Source: an uncultured Microthrixaceae bacterium
Lineage (GTDB): Bacteria > Actinomycetota > Acidimicrobiia > Acidimicrobiales > VFJN01
Direction: 5' to 3'
Assembly (NCBI GenBank): GCA_963846555.1
Contig: CAWJWI010000004.1
Location: 902,371-966,370, forward strand
DNA length: 64,000 nucleotides
Shown here: positions 9,875 through 20,230 of the stretch, piece after piece
Layout of the letters: every line of letters begins with the position of its first letter
How positions within the stretch are numbered: position 1 is the stretch's first letter
Translations under genes and position numbers: made by a program
Notes under the pieces: model-generated
Told to the model about the DNA's origin: nothing
The model's database searches: none
What the model saw: only the letters and a program-made list of their open reading frames with translations

Positions 9875-10576
9875 GTGGCTGACCATCCCGAGATCTCGCT
9901 GCTGGACGGACTGGCGACCACCCGAGCCATCCGTCGCTACCGACCGGATCCCATCCCCGACGACGACCTGAGCACCATCTTGTGGCACGCCACCCGGGCC
10001 CCGTCGGGCTCGAACCGGCAACCCTTCCGGTTCCTCGTGCTCCGCGACGGTCCCGGAGCCCGGGAGGCCAAGGCCGTGCTCGGGCGGTCCTTCCGCGCCA
10101 TGTGGGCCGAGAAGCGGGCCAGCGACGGCTACGACGCCGGCAGCGGGGCGAGGTCCGACTCGCGCAAGGCCCGGACGGCCCGGACGATGCAGCGCTTCGT
10201 CGACGAGCTCGAGCGCACGCCGGTGGTGGTGCTGGCTTGCCTGGTGCGGCACCGGGCGCCGCACCCGACCGAGGGGGCAAGCGTCTACCCGGCCTGTCAG
10301 AACCTGCTGCTGGCGGCGCGAGCGCTCGGCTACGGCGGCGTGATGACGATGTGGCACGGGGCGGTCGAGGACGACCTCCGGTCCGTCCTCGGCATCCCCT
10401 CCGAGGTGGCCATCTCAGCGACGATCACCCTGGGCCGGCCCGAGGGGGCCCACGGCCCCGTCCGTCGCCGGCCGGTGTCGGAGCTCGTCTACGACGACAC
10501 GTGGGGCGCGACCGCAGCATGGGTCGCCGAGCCCGAGGGCACCCGCCACACGGCCGCCGGCCCACCTCGCGCCTGA
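9875..10576 (+). CDS. Nitroreductase-family protein
   Basis: TTRAIRRYRPDPIPDDDLSTILWHATRAPSGSNRQPFRFLVL is a typical nitroreductase N-terminus. The start is a GTG. Confidence 0.75.
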   Translation: MADHPEISLLDGLATTRAIRRYRPDPIPDDDLSTILWHATRAPSGSNRQPFRFLVLRDGPGAREAKAVLGRSFRAMWAEKRASDGYDAGSGARSDSRKARTARTMQRFVDELERTPVVVLACLVRHRAPHPTEGASVYPACQNLLLAARALGYGGVMTMWHGAVEDDLRSVLGIPSEVAISATITLGRPEGAHGPVRRRPVSELVYDDTWGATAAWVAEPEGTRHTAAGPPRA

Positions 10577-10602
10577 CGCGATCCGCCGGTACGGTCGGCG
10601 AG

Positions 10603-11001
10603 ATGGACATCGTCGCGGCCCTGTTCACCGAAGACCTGCAGCTGCGGGAGGCGCCCGGCCCGTCGACCCGGATCGATCTCGGCGGCGTCATGTTCTCCAT
10701 GGCGGCGCCCGGAGCGGCGCCCGTGACGGTCACGCCGCACCTCGTCGTCCTCGTGCGCTGCCGGGCCGACGAGCCGGGGGAGGGCGTCCTCGTCGTCGAG
10801 TTCCTCGATGAGGCCGGCGAGCAGGTGGCTCGGAACGCGTCCCCCTTCCAGGTCGAGCCGGGCAAGTTCACCTACCGGCTGGTCCGAGCCGAGCTCACCT
10901 ACGCCACGGTGCCCTCGACCATCGAGGCCCACTGCCGGATCGCACAGGGCCCGGTCACCGCCGTGCCCCTGACCCTCCTCGCCCCAACGTCCTCGACCTG
11001 A
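10603..11001 (+). CDS. Hypothetical protein
   Basis: 132-aa ORF with a coding-like GC3 pattern. I recognised no family. Confidence 0.5.
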   Translation: MDIVAALFTEDLQLREAPGPSTRIDLGGVMFSMAAPGAAPVTVTPHLVVLVRCRADEPGEGVLVVEFLDEAGEQVARNASPFQVEPGKFTYRLVRAELTYATVPSTIEAHCRIAQGPVTAVPLTLLAPTSST

Positions 11002-11023
11002 CCCGGCCGCTCGTCGCCCTCCG

Positions 11024-11056
11024 CTGCGCGAACTGTGTCTGACACAGTTCGCGCAG
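11024..11056 (+). terminator. Perfect 16-bp inverted repeat between the hypothetical gene and gatC
   Basis: CTGCGCGAACTGTGTC-T-GACACAGTTCGCGCAG. There is no U-tract. Confidence 0.45.
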
Positions 11057-11136
11057 GATGCGGGCTTCGGCACGAGCGGGTGGCGACGGGATCGGGTTCG
11101 GGGGGCTCGAGGTGGCGCCCCTACGATGGCCCCCTT

Positions 11137-11436
11137 ATGGCAACGCTCTCCCGTGACGAGGTGGCCCACGTGGCCAAGCTGGCCCGGCTCCAGCTGACCG
11201 ACGAGCAGATCGACGTGTTCACGCCCCAGCTGGCGGCGATCCTCGAGCACGCGGCTGATGTCGAGGCTCTCGACCTCACGGGAGTGGAGCCCACCTCGCA
11301 CCCGTTCCCGTTGAAGAACGTGTGGCGGGCCGACGTGGCGCGCGACGCCGGGATCCGGGAAGCGGTGCTGGCCGAGGCCCCGGCGACCGAGCAGGGCATG
11401 TTCCGGGTGCCGCCCGTGCTGGGCGAGGCACCGTGA
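11137..11436 (+). CDS. gatC: Asp/Glu-tRNA amidotransferase subunit C
   Basis: [28 protein letters not shown]... The stop overlaps the gatA GTG (GTGA). Confidence 0.9.
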   Translation: MATLSRDEVAHVAKLARLQLTDEQIDVFTPQLAAILEHAADVEALDLTGVEPTSHPFPLKNVWRADVARDAGIREAVLAEAPATEQGMFRVPPVLGEAP

Positions 11437-12857
11437 GCGACACCGCTCTCACGATCGCAGCCGCCGTTCGCGGCGGCCAGCGCACGGCGCGGTCCGTCGT
11501 GGAGGCCCACCTGGCCACCATCGACGGCCGGGAGGCCGAGATCCACGCCTTCAACCTCGTGCTGGCCGACGACGCGCTGGTCCGGGCCGACGAGATCGAC
11601 GCTCAGGTGGCGGCGGGGGAGGACCCGGGTCCGCTCGCCGGCGTGCCCGTGGCTCTGAAGGACAACCTCTGCACCACCGGCATCCCCACCACCTGCTCGT
11701 CGAAGATCCTCGACGGCTGGAAGCCGCCGTACGACGCCACGGTCGTCGGGCGCCTGCGGGCGGCGGGCGCCATCGCGGTGGGCAAGACCAACCTCGACGA
11801 GTTCGCCATGGGCTCCTCGACCGAGAACTCCGCCTTCGGGCCCACGAAGAACCCGCACGACACGACGCGGGTGCCGGGCGGCTCCTCGGGCGGCAGCGCG
11901 GCAGCGGTGGCGGCCGGCTTCGCGCCGATCGCCCTCGGCTCGGACACCGGCGGGTCGATCCGCCAGCCCGCCGCCTTCTGCGGCATCGTCGGAGCCAAGC
12001 CCACGTACGGCGCCGTGTCCCGCTACGGCCTGGTCGCCTTCGCCTCCAGCCTCGACCAGATCGGCCCGTTCGCGGCTGACGTAGCCGACGCCGCGCTCCT
12101 CCTGGAGGTCATCTCGGGTCACGACCCGATGGACTCCACCTCCATCCCCGAGCCGCCCCTCGTGCTGTCCGATCAGCTCGACCGCGGTGTCGATGGGCTG
12201 CGCGTCGGCGTGGTGAAGGAGCTGCTCGACGCCGAGGGCATCGCGCCCGACGTCCTCGCCCGCACGAAGGCCGCCATGGAGGCGCTCGAGAGCGCGGGGG
12301 CCAAGGTCGAGGAGGTGTCCGTGCCGGCCGTGATCTACGGACTCTCGGCCTACTACCTCATCGCCCCGGCCGAGGCGTCGAGCAACCTGGCCCGGTACGA
12401 CGGCGTCCGCTACGGCCTCCGTGTCGACGCCCCGACCACGGGCGAGATGTACGACCGCACCCGCACGGCGGGCTTCGGCCCCGAGGTCGAGCGCCGGATC
12501 ATGCTCGGCACCTACGCCCTGTCAGCGGGGTACTACGACGCCTTCTACGGCAAGGCCCAGAAGGTGCGCACGCTGATCCTCCGCGACTTCGAGGCGGCCT
12601 ACGAGCGGTGCGACGTGCTCCTGTCGCCGACAGCGCCGTCCACCGCCTTCGCCTTCGGCGCCAAGGCCGACCCGTTGGCCATGTACCTGAACGACGTGTG
12701 CACGATCCCCTCCAACCTGGCCGGCCACCCGGCCATCTCGGTGCCCTTCGGCGTCGGGGAGGATGGCCTGCCCATCGGAGTGCAGGTCATGGCCCCGGCC
12801 ATGGGCGAGGCCGTCATGTTCCGGGTCGCCGCCGCGCTGGAAGGAGGCCTCTCGTGA
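11433..12857 (+). CDS. gatA: Asp/Glu-tRNA amidotransferase subunit A
   Basis: Amidase signature [14 protein letters not shown]. It sits between gatC and gatB. Confidence 0.95.
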   Translation: MSDTALTIAAAVRGGQRTARSVVEAHLATIDGREAEIHAFNLVLADDALVRADEIDAQVAAGEDPGPLAGVPVALKDNLCTTGIPTTCSSKILDGWKPPYDATVVGRLRAAGAIAVGKTNLDEFAMGSSTENSAFGPTKNPHDTTRVPGGSSGGSAAAVAAGFAPIALGSDTGGSIRQPAAFCGIVGAKPTYGAVSRYGLVAFASSLDQIGPFAADVADAALLLEVISGHDPMDSTSIPEPPLVLSDQLDRGVDGLRVGVVKELLDAEGIAPDVLARTKAAMEALESAGAKVEEVSVPAVIYGLSAYYLIAPAEASSNLARYDGVRYGLRVDAPTTGEMYDRTRTAGFGPEVERRIMLGTYALSAGYYDAFYGKAQKVRTLILRDFEAAYERCDVLLSPTAPSTAFAFGAKADPLAMYLNDVCTIPSNLAGHPAISVPFGVGEDGLPIGVQVMAPAMGEAVMFRVAAALEGGLS

Positions 12858-14290
12858 GCGTGCTCCCCGAGGGCTGGGAGATGGTGATCGGGCTCGAGGT
12901 CCACTGCGAGCTGCACACAGAGACGAAGCTCTTCTGCTCCTGCCCCAACAGCTTCGGCGATGAGCCCAACGCCAACACCTGCCCCACCTGCCTGGGCCTC
13001 CCGGGCTCGCTGCCCGTGCTGAACGAGCGCGCCGTCGAGCTGGCCATGGTCCTGGGCCGGGCCCTGGCGTGCGACGTGAACCGCTCGGTCTTCGCCCGCA
13101 AGAACTACTTCTATCCCGACCAGCCGAAGGACTACCAGGTCACGCAGTACGACCTGCCCACCAACGAGCACGGTCTCCTCGACCTGCCCTCGGGGCTGCG
13201 GGTCGGCATCACCCGAGCCCACATCGAGGAGGACACCGGCAAGCTCACCCACGTCGGCGGAGGCGGTCGCATCCACGACGCCAGCCACAGCCTCGTCGAC
13301 TACAACCGCTCCGGCGTTCCCCTCGTGGAGATCGTCTCCGAGGCCGACATGCACACGAGCGAGCAGGCCAAGGAGTACGCCGGCGAGCTGCGGGCCATCC
13401 TCCTCGCCACGGGGGTGTCGGACGCAAAGATGGAGGAGGGCTCCATGCGCGTCGACGCCAACGTCTCGGTCAACCGGGTTGGGGATCCCTGGGGCACGCG
13501 CTGCGAGATCAAGAACCTGAACTCGCTCCGCTCCCTCGGCCGGGCCATCGACCACGAGGCCCTGCGCCAGATCGACCTCATCGAGGCGGGTGAGGTCGTC
13601 CGTCAGGAGACCCGCCACTGGGACGAAGCCGAGGGCCGCACTGGAACCCTCCGGGTCAAGGAGGATGCCGATGACTACCGGTACTTCCCGGAGCCCGACC
13701 TCGTGCCCCTCGAGCCCACGGCCGAGGACATCGCCCGCATCGACGCTGCCCTGCCCGTCCTACCGGCGGCCCGACGGACTGCCCTGGCAGCTGCGGCTGG
13801 CGTCGAGGCAACCGACGGCAGCGTCGTGATCGCGGTGGAGCGCGGCCTCGACGACCTCGCCACCGACGCCATCGGCGCCGGGGCCGACGCGTCCCGCGTG
13901 CTCACCCACGTCGAGCACAACCTGGCCGTAGAGGGCGCGGACCGTCTCCCCGCCGGGCACCTGGCTGCCCTCGTGAAGATGGAGACCGGCGGCGAGCTCA
14001 CCGCCACCCAGGCCAAGACGGTGCTGGCCGAGATGGTCGAGACGGGCGACGACCCAGCCAGCATCGCCACGGCCAAGGGCTTCGAGGCCCTCGATGCCGG
14101 GGCGCTGGAGGGCATCGTCGACGGCATCATCGCCGCCCACCCCGACGAGTGGGAGCAGTTCCGCAGCGGCGACGACAAGGCGCGGGGCAAGCTCACGGGG
14201 TTCTTCATGGGCAAGGTCATGCAGGGGTCGAAGGGCCAGGCCGACGGGAAGGTGGCCACCGCCCTGCTCCGGTCGAGGGCCGGGCTCTGA
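12854..14290 (+). CDS. gatB: Asp/Glu-tRNA amidotransferase subunit B
   Basis: [28 protein letters not shown]...[16 protein letters not shown]. Its GTG overlaps the gatA stop. Confidence 0.95.
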   Translation: MSVLPEGWEMVIGLEVHCELHTETKLFCSCPNSFGDEPNANTCPTCLGLPGSLPVLNERAVELAMVLGRALACDVNRSVFARKNYFYPDQPKDYQVTQYDLPTNEHGLLDLPSGLRVGITRAHIEEDTGKLTHVGGGGRIHDASHSLVDYNRSGVPLVEIVSEADMHTSEQAKEYAGELRAILLATGVSDAKMEEGSMRVDANVSVNRVGDPWGTRCEIKNLNSLRSLGRAIDHEALRQIDLIEAGEVVRQETRHWDEAEGRTGTLRVKEDADDYRYFPEPDLVPLEPTAEDIARIDAALPVLPAARRTALAAAAGVEATDGSVVIAVERGLDDLATDAIGAGADASRVLTHVEHNLAVEGADRLPAGHLAALVKMETGGELTATQAKTVLAEMVETGDDPASIATAKGFEALDAGALEGIVDGIIAAHPDEWEQFRSGDDKARGKLTGFFMGKVMQGSKGQADGKVATALLRSRAGL

Positions 14291-14787
14291 GGCGACGGCT
14301 CGGGGCCGCCGTGCTGGCGGGACTGCTCCTGGCGGCGTGCTCGGACGGCAGCGACGAGGGCCGCAGCGCGCCGCAGACCTCCACGACCTCGGACGCCCCG
14401 GCGCCGACGTCCAGCACCACCGCCGTGCCGACCTTCGCCGGCGACCCGGGCTCCCCGTTCTGCGAGCAGCTGCGCACCGTCGATCCGACCGCGCTGCTCA
14501 CCGGCGACCCATCCGACCCGACGTCGGTCCAGACCGCCTTCGGTCGCCTCGTCACCGTGCTCGGCGCGCTGGAGGCAGTCGCCCCGCCCGAGGTGCGCCC
14601 CGACGCCCAGCTCGTGGCCGGCGGGATCGCGGCCCTGGACGAGGCCCTGGCCGCAGTGGGCTACGACTTCGACGCCCTCGCCGCGTCGGCTGCACGCGAG
14701 GAGGTGACGGCGGCCGTCAACGACCCTGCCTTCGCCGAGGCCGGCAATCGTCTGGGGGCGTACCGCACCCAGGTGTGCGGGCTCTAG
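14287..14787 (+). CDS. Putative lipoprotein
   Basis: Signal-like [17 protein letters not shown] with lipobox LAAC. The only upstream starts are CTG 14287 (overlapping the gatB stop) or GTG 14311, so the start is uncertain. Confidence 0.6.
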   Translation: MRRRLGAAVLAGLLLAACSDGSDEGRSAPQTSTTSDAPAPTSSTTAVPTFAGDPGSPFCEQLRTVDPTALLTGDPSDPTSVQTAFGRLVTVLGALEAVAPPEVRPDAQLVAGGIAALDEALAAVGYDFDALAASAAREEVTAAVNDPAFAEAGNRLGAYRTQVCGL

Positions 14788-15692
14788 GGCCGCGGCGGCG
14801 CGAGGACGTCGGCTCGGCCGTAGTGCCCAGCGACGTCGAAGAAGCGCTTGGCGTGCAAGGCCTGCGACAGGTCGCAGTCGGCCACCACGATGCCGTCCTC
14901 GTCGTAGAGCGGCCCGGCGATCACGTCGCCGTTGGGGGCCACCACGCACGCGCCCCCTCGACCGAACACGTCCACCCCGTCGGGCAGGGGGAGGGGGAAG
15001 TCGGTCGGGAAGCCTGATGCCTGGATGAACTGCGGGGCGCTGACGACGAACGCCCCCGCCTCGATGGCGATGTGCCGAACCGATGCGATCCAGCCGTCGC
15101 TGTCGTCCGCCGTCGGAGCCACCCAGATCTGCGGTCCTCCTTGGTAGACGCCCCAGCGGGCCAGCGGCATCCGGTTCTCCCAGCAGATGAGCCCGCCGAC
15201 TCGAGCCGTGCCGGGGAGGTCGGCCACGGCGAGATCGTCGCCGGCACCGACGCCGTGGAACAGCCGCTCGTGCATCGTCGGCATCAGCTTGCGGTGTCGC
15301 AGGAGCACGCCGTCGGCGCCGATGACGAGGAGCGTGTTGTAGAGCGAGCCGGGCCGGGCGTCCTCCCGCTCGTTGACGCCGATGGCGAGGTGCACGCCCC
15401 GCTCGGCGCACGCAGCGGCCAGCCGCCGCACGAGCGGGCCGTCGACGTCCACGCTCGACGCCCACATCCGCTCCCACAGCTCGTCGCAGCCGCTCGACCA
15501 CGAGGTGGCTTGCCCCGCCCATGCGCCGGTGGGGTAGACGGAGATGAAGCACTCCGGGAAGACGACGAGCTTCGCGCCCTGGTCGGCGGCCTGGCCGATG
15601 AGCGCGACGGTCCGATCGACCGTGGCGTCCGCATCGAGCACCACGGGCATGGCCTGCACCGCCGCCACCCGGACCGTCCCCAGCTCAAGCAC
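14784..15692 (-). CDS. Nitrilase / carbon-nitrogen hydrolase
   Basis: E-K-C triad contexts VVFPECF, HRKLMPT and GLICWEN. The start is GTG 15692. Its stop overlaps the lipoprotein stop by 4 nt. Confidence 0.85.
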   Translation of the reverse strand: MLELGTVRVAAVQAMPVVLDADATVDRTVALIGQAADQGAKLVVFPECFISVYPTGAWAGQATSWSSGCDELWERMWASSVDVDGPLVRRLAAACAERGVHLAIGVNEREDARPGSLYNTLLVIGADGVLLRHRKLMPTMHERLFHGVGAGDDLAVADLPGTARVGGLICWENRMPLARWGVYQGGPQIWVAPTADDSDGWIASVRHIAIEAGAFVVSAPQFIQASGFPTDFPLPLPDGVDVFGRGGACVVAPNGDVIAGPLYDEDGIVVADCDLSQALHAKRFFDVAGHYGRADVLAPPRP

Positions 15693-15749
15693 AGATGGAG
15701 CGTACTTCTCGCTTGGGGCCGGTCCCAGGGGCGCCGGTAGCCTGCGGTG

Positions 15750-17447
15750 ATGACCGAGCAGGGCGAGACCCCCGTCGACATCAAGCCGAGGAGCCGGGAC
15801 GTCACCGACGGCCCCAGCCGGGCCCCGGCCCGGGCCATGCTCCGGGCCATCGGCATGACCGAGGACGACTGGGACAAGCCCCAGGTGGCGGTGGCGTCGT
15901 CGTGGAACGAGGTCACGCCCTGCAACATGCCCCTGGCTCGGCTGGCCAAGCGCTCCAAGGTCGGGGTGCGCGACGCCGGCGGGTACCCGATCGAGTTCAA
16001 CACCATCGCCGTGTCCGACGGCATCTCGATGGGCCACGAGGGCATGCGGGCCTCGCTCGTGTCGCGGGAGGTCATCGCCGACTCCGTCGAGACCGTGATG
16101 CACGCCGAGCGCTTCGACGGGATGGTCACCTTCGCCGGGTGCGACAAGAGCCTGCCCGGCATGCTCATGGCCGCCGCCCGCCTGAACCTGCCCTCGGTGT
16201 TCGTCTACGCGGGCTCGATCCTGCCCGGGCGCCTTGGCGACGAGGCGCTCGACATCGTGTCGGTGTTCGAGGCCGTCGGAGCCCACGCCGCGGGCACCCT
16301 CGACGACGCGGGCTTGCTGGCCGTGGAGCGGAACGCCTGTCCGAGCGAGGGCGCGTGCGCCGGGATGTTCACCGCCAACACGATGGCGTCCATCTCAGAG
16401 GCTCTCGGCATGTCGCTGCTCGGATCGGCCTCCGCTCCGGCCCCCGACAGCCGCCGCGACGACTTCGCCTACCAGTCGGGCCGGGCGGTCGTCCGGCTGC
16501 TCGAGCTGGGCATCCGGCCCCGCCAGATCATGACGAAGGAGGCGTTCGAGAACGCCATCGCGGTCACCATGGCCCTCGGCGGTTCCACCAACGCAGTGCT
16601 GCACCTGCTGGCCATCGCAGCCGAGGCCCGGGTCGACCTGGCCCTCGACGACTTCAACCGCATCGCGGCCAAGGTCCCGCACATCGCCGACACCAAGCCC
16701 CACGGCAAGTACCACATGATCGACATCGACCGCATCGGCGGTGTGCCTGTGGTCCTGCGCCACCTGCTCGACGCCGGCCTGCTCCACGGTGACTGCCTCA
16801 CCGTCACAGGCAAGACGATGGCCGAGAACCTGGCCGATCTCGACCCGCCTGCCCCCGACGGCGAGGTCATCCACCCGCTGTCGAACCCGATCCACGCCGT
16901 GGGTGGCATCGCCGTCCTCACCGGCACGCTGGCGCCGAAGGGCGCGGTGGTGAAGGTGGCCGGGATCGACCACCTCCGGTTCGAGGGACGGGCCCGGGTC
17001 TTCGACGGCGAGGACGCGGCCATGGAGGCTGTGCTGGCCGAGCAGATCGAGGCCGGCGACATCGTGGTGATCCGCTACGAAGGGCCCAAGGGCGGCCCGG
17101 GCATGCGCGAGATGCTGGCCATCACCGGGGCCATGAAGGGCGTCGGCCGGGGCGGCGACGCCGCGCTCATCACCGACGGCCGCTTCTCAGGCGGCACCCA
17201 CGGCTTCTGCATCGGCCACGTGGCGCCCGAAGCGGTCGACGGCGGCCCCATCGCCTTGGTGGCCGAGGGCGACCGCATCGTGATCGATGTCGTCGAGCAC
17301 ACGATCGACCTCCTCGTCGACGACGCCACCCTGGCCCTGCGCCGGGCCGACTGGAAGGCGCCCGAGCCCCGCTACACGAGCGGCGTGCTGGCCAAGTACG
17401 CCCGGCTGGCCTCGGGCGCCGAGCGGGGAGCCATCACGGAGGCCTGA
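15750..17447 (+). CDS. ilvD: Dihydroxy-acid dehydratase
   Basis: [38 protein letters not shown]...CDKSLPGM. The start is ATG 15750, with an in-frame GTG at 15747. Confidence 0.95.
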   Translation: MTEQGETPVDIKPRSRDVTDGPSRAPARAMLRAIGMTEDDWDKPQVAVASSWNEVTPCNMPLARLAKRSKVGVRDAGGYPIEFNTIAVSDGISMGHEGMRASLVSREVIADSVETVMHAERFDGMVTFAGCDKSLPGMLMAAARLNLPSVFVYAGSILPGRLGDEALDIVSVFEAVGAHAAGTLDDAGLLAVERNACPSEGACAGMFTANTMASISEALGMSLLGSASAPAPDSRRDDFAYQSGRAVVRLLELGIRPRQIMTKEAFENAIAVTMALGGSTNAVLHLLAIAAEARVDLALDDFNRIAAKVPHIADTKPHGKYHMIDIDRIGGVPVVLRHLLDAGLLHGDCLTVTGKTMAENLADLDPPAPDGEVIHPLSNPIHAVGGIAVLTGTLAPKGAVVKVAGIDHLRFEGRARVFDGEDAAMEAVLAEQIEAGDIVVIRYEGPKGGPGMREMLAITGAMKGVGRGGDAALITDGRFSGGTHGFCIGHVAPEAVDGGPIALVAEGDRIVIDVVEHTIDLLVDDATLALRRADWKAPEPRYTSGVLAKYARLASGAERGAITEA

Positions 17448-17457
17448 ACCTCCCCCG

Positions 17458-17504
17458 TTCTGTGCGCACGCAGCCCCGCCGAGCGGTGGCTGCTGCGCAC
17501 AGAA
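17458..17504. repeat. Palindromic intergenic element, family A (imperfect copy)
   Basis: TTCTGTGCGCACGCAGCC...GGCTGCTGCGCACAGAA lies between the ilvD stop and the stop of the convergent DUF4012-like gene. It shares the TCTGTGCGCAC arm with the copies at 44178 and 57484. Confidence 0.8.
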
Positions 17505-17512
17505 GCAGTGGG

Positions 17513-19516
17513 CTAGGAGCTGCGTGAGATGAGCTCACCGGCCACGAGGACGGCGAGCGCAGCGAGGAAGAGCAGCGCTCCCAGGCCCGGGGCCCGCATG
17601 AGGGGCTCGGGGAGGGGTCGCATCGGTCGGGCCGCCGCAGCTCGGATGCGCGCCCGGCCGCCCACGATCATGGCGAGAGCGCCGGCCAGGGCGAGGATGG
17701 CGGCCACCATGGGCGCGCCCGGCGTCTCGGGGTCCTCGGGCACTGTGCCCCAGTAGGCCACGCCGATGACCGCGTCGCTCGCCTCGTAGCCGTTGACGAC
17801 GTACTTCACGGGACGAGCTCGGCCCGAGGGCAGGATCAGAGCAGCCACCTTGTCCGGCGGCATGCGGAACTCGAGCGCCACCCGCTTCGTCTCGCCGCGC
17901 GGGATCTCGAACCGCTTGGCGAACATCCGCAGCGGCGGGTCCTCGCCCCGCTCGCTGAAGGGCAGGTCGAGGGACTTGATCGTGTGGGCGAACTCCGGCA
18001 GGTAGATCGCGACCATCGTGCGGTGGGTGCCGTTGGTGAGACCGTCGTAGCTGCCGTCGATGTAGTCGCTCGTGCGCTCGGGCACGGGGTTCGCGACGGT
18101 GACGGTGAGGCGAGCTCGCCATGACCCGTCGATGGCCGGCAGGACGTTCAGCGTCACCTCGGGGTCGATGTACCAGTCGAGCTTGTTGGCGGCCACGTTC
18201 TGGACCGTGACCATCAGACCCTCCTCCGGGAGGCCTCCGTCGGCTCCGATCGACTCCCAGAGCGCCTGCACGTCCGGATCGGTCGAGCTGGCCAGGAGGT
18301 GACGGCCCTTGGCGGCCTGCTGGAGGGCGGTGGCCAGCTGTGACACGGGCACCGCCCGCTCCTTGAAGGCTTCGAATATCTCCTTGGCCAGGGCCGACTG
18401 CACCTCGACCCGGTTGCCTCGCTCGTCGAGCGTGTCGAAGGCGATGTAGCTCTCGTTGAGGACCTTCTGCTCCACGTTCGTGGCGTCGTAGGTGACGCCC
18501 TCCATCTCGACCGGGCCGATCACAGTGAGGAGCTCGCGCAGGGCGACGGCGTCGACCTGGAGGACGCCGTCCACCTCGCCGAAGCCAGCGTTGGGGGCCA
18601 TGCCGCGGTAGATGGGGCCCGTCACCTCGAAGTTCGGCGACACTGCCGTCTCGAGGTAGCTGCGGCCGATGTTCCAGCGCCGGTAGGTGTCGCGCAGCAC
18701 CTGAGGCACCTGCACGTCGGGCTGGCCCAGGTCCTTGTAGGCGAGCTGCGTGAAGTCCCCGAAGTCGATGTCCCCGTCGGAGATGGTCACCACCCCGCCC
18801 GAGAGCGGCATCCCGGCCCCACCCCGCATCTCGGCGTTGTTGCCGGCGAGGAGCAGGTAGTGCGAAGGACCGGCCAGCAGGCGCCGCATGCCCTGCAGGT
18901 AGCCGCGGGCCTCGTCGAGGCGGTCGGGCGCGTTGGTCAGCTCGTCGACGACTGCTTGCCGGGCCTTGGCCAAAGGGCCCACGAGGCGGCCCTCCGCCCC
19001 GACCTCCAGGCGGTCCACCACCTCCTCGATGTCGTCCAGCTCGGTGAGGACGGTGTCGAGGAGGTCGACGCGGGCTGACGGGTCGCCGGCGGCCCGGTCG
19101 AGGTCCACCTCGATGGTCTCGGCTGTCTCCCGCGCTGCGCTTCCGAGCTGCTCGGTGACCTCGGTGAGGTCCCGCAGCCCGTCGACCTGGTCGCCGACCC
19201 AGGGCAGCACGCCGAGGGTGGCGAGGAACGGGCTGCGGTCGGCGATGCCGTCGGCCGCCGAGAGGCGATCGGCGCCCCGGTCGATGGTGGGCACGAGGCC
19301 CTCGCCGAGAGTGGCCAGCTGCAGCCCGCTCAGAGCCCTGCGGCCGGCGTCGATGTTCGAGCGGATGCGGAGGAGGTCGATGACGGCTGCAGCCAGGAAC
19401 AGGCCGACGACCAGCACCACCGCCGACAGGACGGGGTGCTCTCGGACCAGTCGGTCTGGGCGCAGGCGCGAAACGACCCGAGGCCTCGCGGCCTCGGGTC
19501 GCCTCCCTAGATCCAA
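17513..19516 (-). CDS. DUF4012-like membrane protein
   Basis: 667 aa with an N-terminal TM ([18 protein letters not shown]), a large extracytoplasmic region and a C-terminal TM. The family call is from memory of DUF4012 architecture. The start is a TTG. Confidence 0.7.
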   Translation of the reverse strand: MDLGRRPEAARPRVVSRLRPDRLVREHPVLSAVVLVVGLFLAAAVIDLLRIRSNIDAGRRALSGLQLATLGEGLVPTIDRGADRLSAADGIADRSPFLATLGVLPWVGDQVDGLRDLTEVTEQLGSAARETAETIEVDLDRAAGDPSARVDLLDTVLTELDDIEEVVDRLEVGAEGRLVGPLAKARQAVVDELTNAPDRLDEARGYLQGMRRLLAGPSHYLLLAGNNAEMRGGAGMPLSGGVVTISDGDIDFGDFTQLAYKDLGQPDVQVPQVLRDTYRRWNIGRSYLETAVSPNFEVTGPIYRGMAPNAGFGEVDGVLQVDAVALRELLTVIGPVEMEGVTYDATNVEQKVLNESYIAFDTLDERGNRVEVQSALAKEIFEAFKERAVPVSQLATALQQAAKGRHLLASSTDPDVQALWESIGADGGLPEEGLMVTVQNVAANKLDWYIDPEVTLNVLPAIDGSWRARLTVTVANPVPERTSDYIDGSYDGLTNGTHRTMVAIYLPEFAHTIKSLDLPFSERGEDPPLRMFAKRFEIPRGETKRVALEFRMPPDKVAALILPSGRARPVKYVVNGYEASDAVIGVAYWGTVPEDPETPGAPMVAAILALAGALAMIVGGRARIRAAAARPMRPLPEPLMRAPGLGALLFLAALAVLVAGELISRSS

Positions 19517-19525
19517 GCGGGAGGG

Positions 19526-19945
19526 CTAGGCCTTGGCGGCGAGCAGGCGCCGACCGGCCAGCGCGATGCCGAGAGCGGCACCACCCATGGCCAGCGGAGC
19601 CGCAGCCGAGCCGCCCGTGTCGGGCAGGCCACCGGTGCTGGCGCTCACGCCGAGCGTGCCGCCGTCGGTGCCATCGGTGGTGTCACCGGTGGTGCCGTCG
19701 GTTCCGCCCGTGGTGCCACCAGTGGTGCCACCAGTGTCGGAGCCGTTGTCCGAGCCGTTGTCCGAGCCGTTGTCGGCTCCAGTGTCGGAGCCGTTGTCAG
19801 CGCCGCCTGTGTCGGAGCCGTTGTCGGACCCGTTGTCCTGCGCGTGCACGGGAGCGGCGGCGATCGTGAGGCCGGCAGCGCCGAGCAGCCCGCTCACCAC
19901 AGCAGCCCGCACGAAGCGGCCAAAGCGATCCTTCGAGATTCCCAC
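19526..19945 (-). CDS. Small LPXTG-anchored surface protein with D-N-G-S/T-G repeats
   Basis: Signal peptide ...[10 protein letters not shown], then (DNGS)n and (TGGT)n low complexity, then LPDTG + hydrophobic stretch + RRLLAAKA (a sortase sorting signal). An AGGAGA RBS lies 8 nt before the GTG. Confidence 0.75.
   Translation of the reverse strand: MGISKDRFGRFVRAAVVSGLLGAAGLTIAAAPVHAQDNGSDNGSDTGGADNGSDTGADNGSDNGSDNGSDTGGTTGGTTGGTDGTTGDTTDGTDGGTLGVSASTGGLPDTGGSAAAPLAMGGAALGIALAGRRLLAAKA
19739..19837. repeat. 12-bp tandem repeat tract inside the LPXTG gene
   Basis: Units (G/C)GAGCCGTTGTC at 19739, 19751, 19763, 19787, 19814 and 19826, with diverged units between them. Confidence 0.8.
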
Positions 19946-20111
19946 AGCGTTGTCTCCTACGTTTCCGTTTCAACCGACGATCCTGCTGCCCGGGTCGGGC
20001 TGGCGCATACCCTACTCACACTCCTGCGCTACGCACGACATCCAACGCAAGGATCTGGGCGCTCCCACATCTGGTCTTGCCCGGTGCCGGTCTCCGTGGG
20101 AAACTCCCGCC

Positions 20112-20144
20112 GTGGCACATCTGACCATCGTGGTACTCACCTAG
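20112..20144 (+). CDS. Putative ilvB leader peptide ([11 protein letters not shown])
   Basis: A 10-codon ORF (GTG start) with 5 of its last 7 codons Leu/Ile/Val. It lies 87 nt upstream of ilvB and is followed by hairpins. Confidence 0.55.
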   Translation: MAHLTIVVLT

Positions 20145-20177
20145 CGCACCCGCGACTCACCCCGCGCGTGCGCTTGT

Positions 20178-20209
20178 CGACCTCCCAGCCGGGAGGTCGT
20201 CGTCGTTTT
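20178..20209 (+). terminator. Attenuator/terminator hairpin upstream of ilvB
   Basis: CGACCTCCC-AGCC-GGGAGGTCG (9-bp stem) is followed by TCGTCGTTTT. The ilvB RBS AGGAAGGGA and ATG 20231 lie just downstream. Confidence 0.6.
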
Positions 20210-20230
20210 GCAGGAAGGGACCTGAGGGCA

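Noticed and set aside
19533-20144. A 203-aa plus-strand ORF running antisense through the LPXTG gene.
   Set aside because: It is a Pro/Ser/Val low-complexity mirror of the repeat gene. Only its last 10 codons, the proposed ilvB leader peptide with its own GTG, look meaningful.
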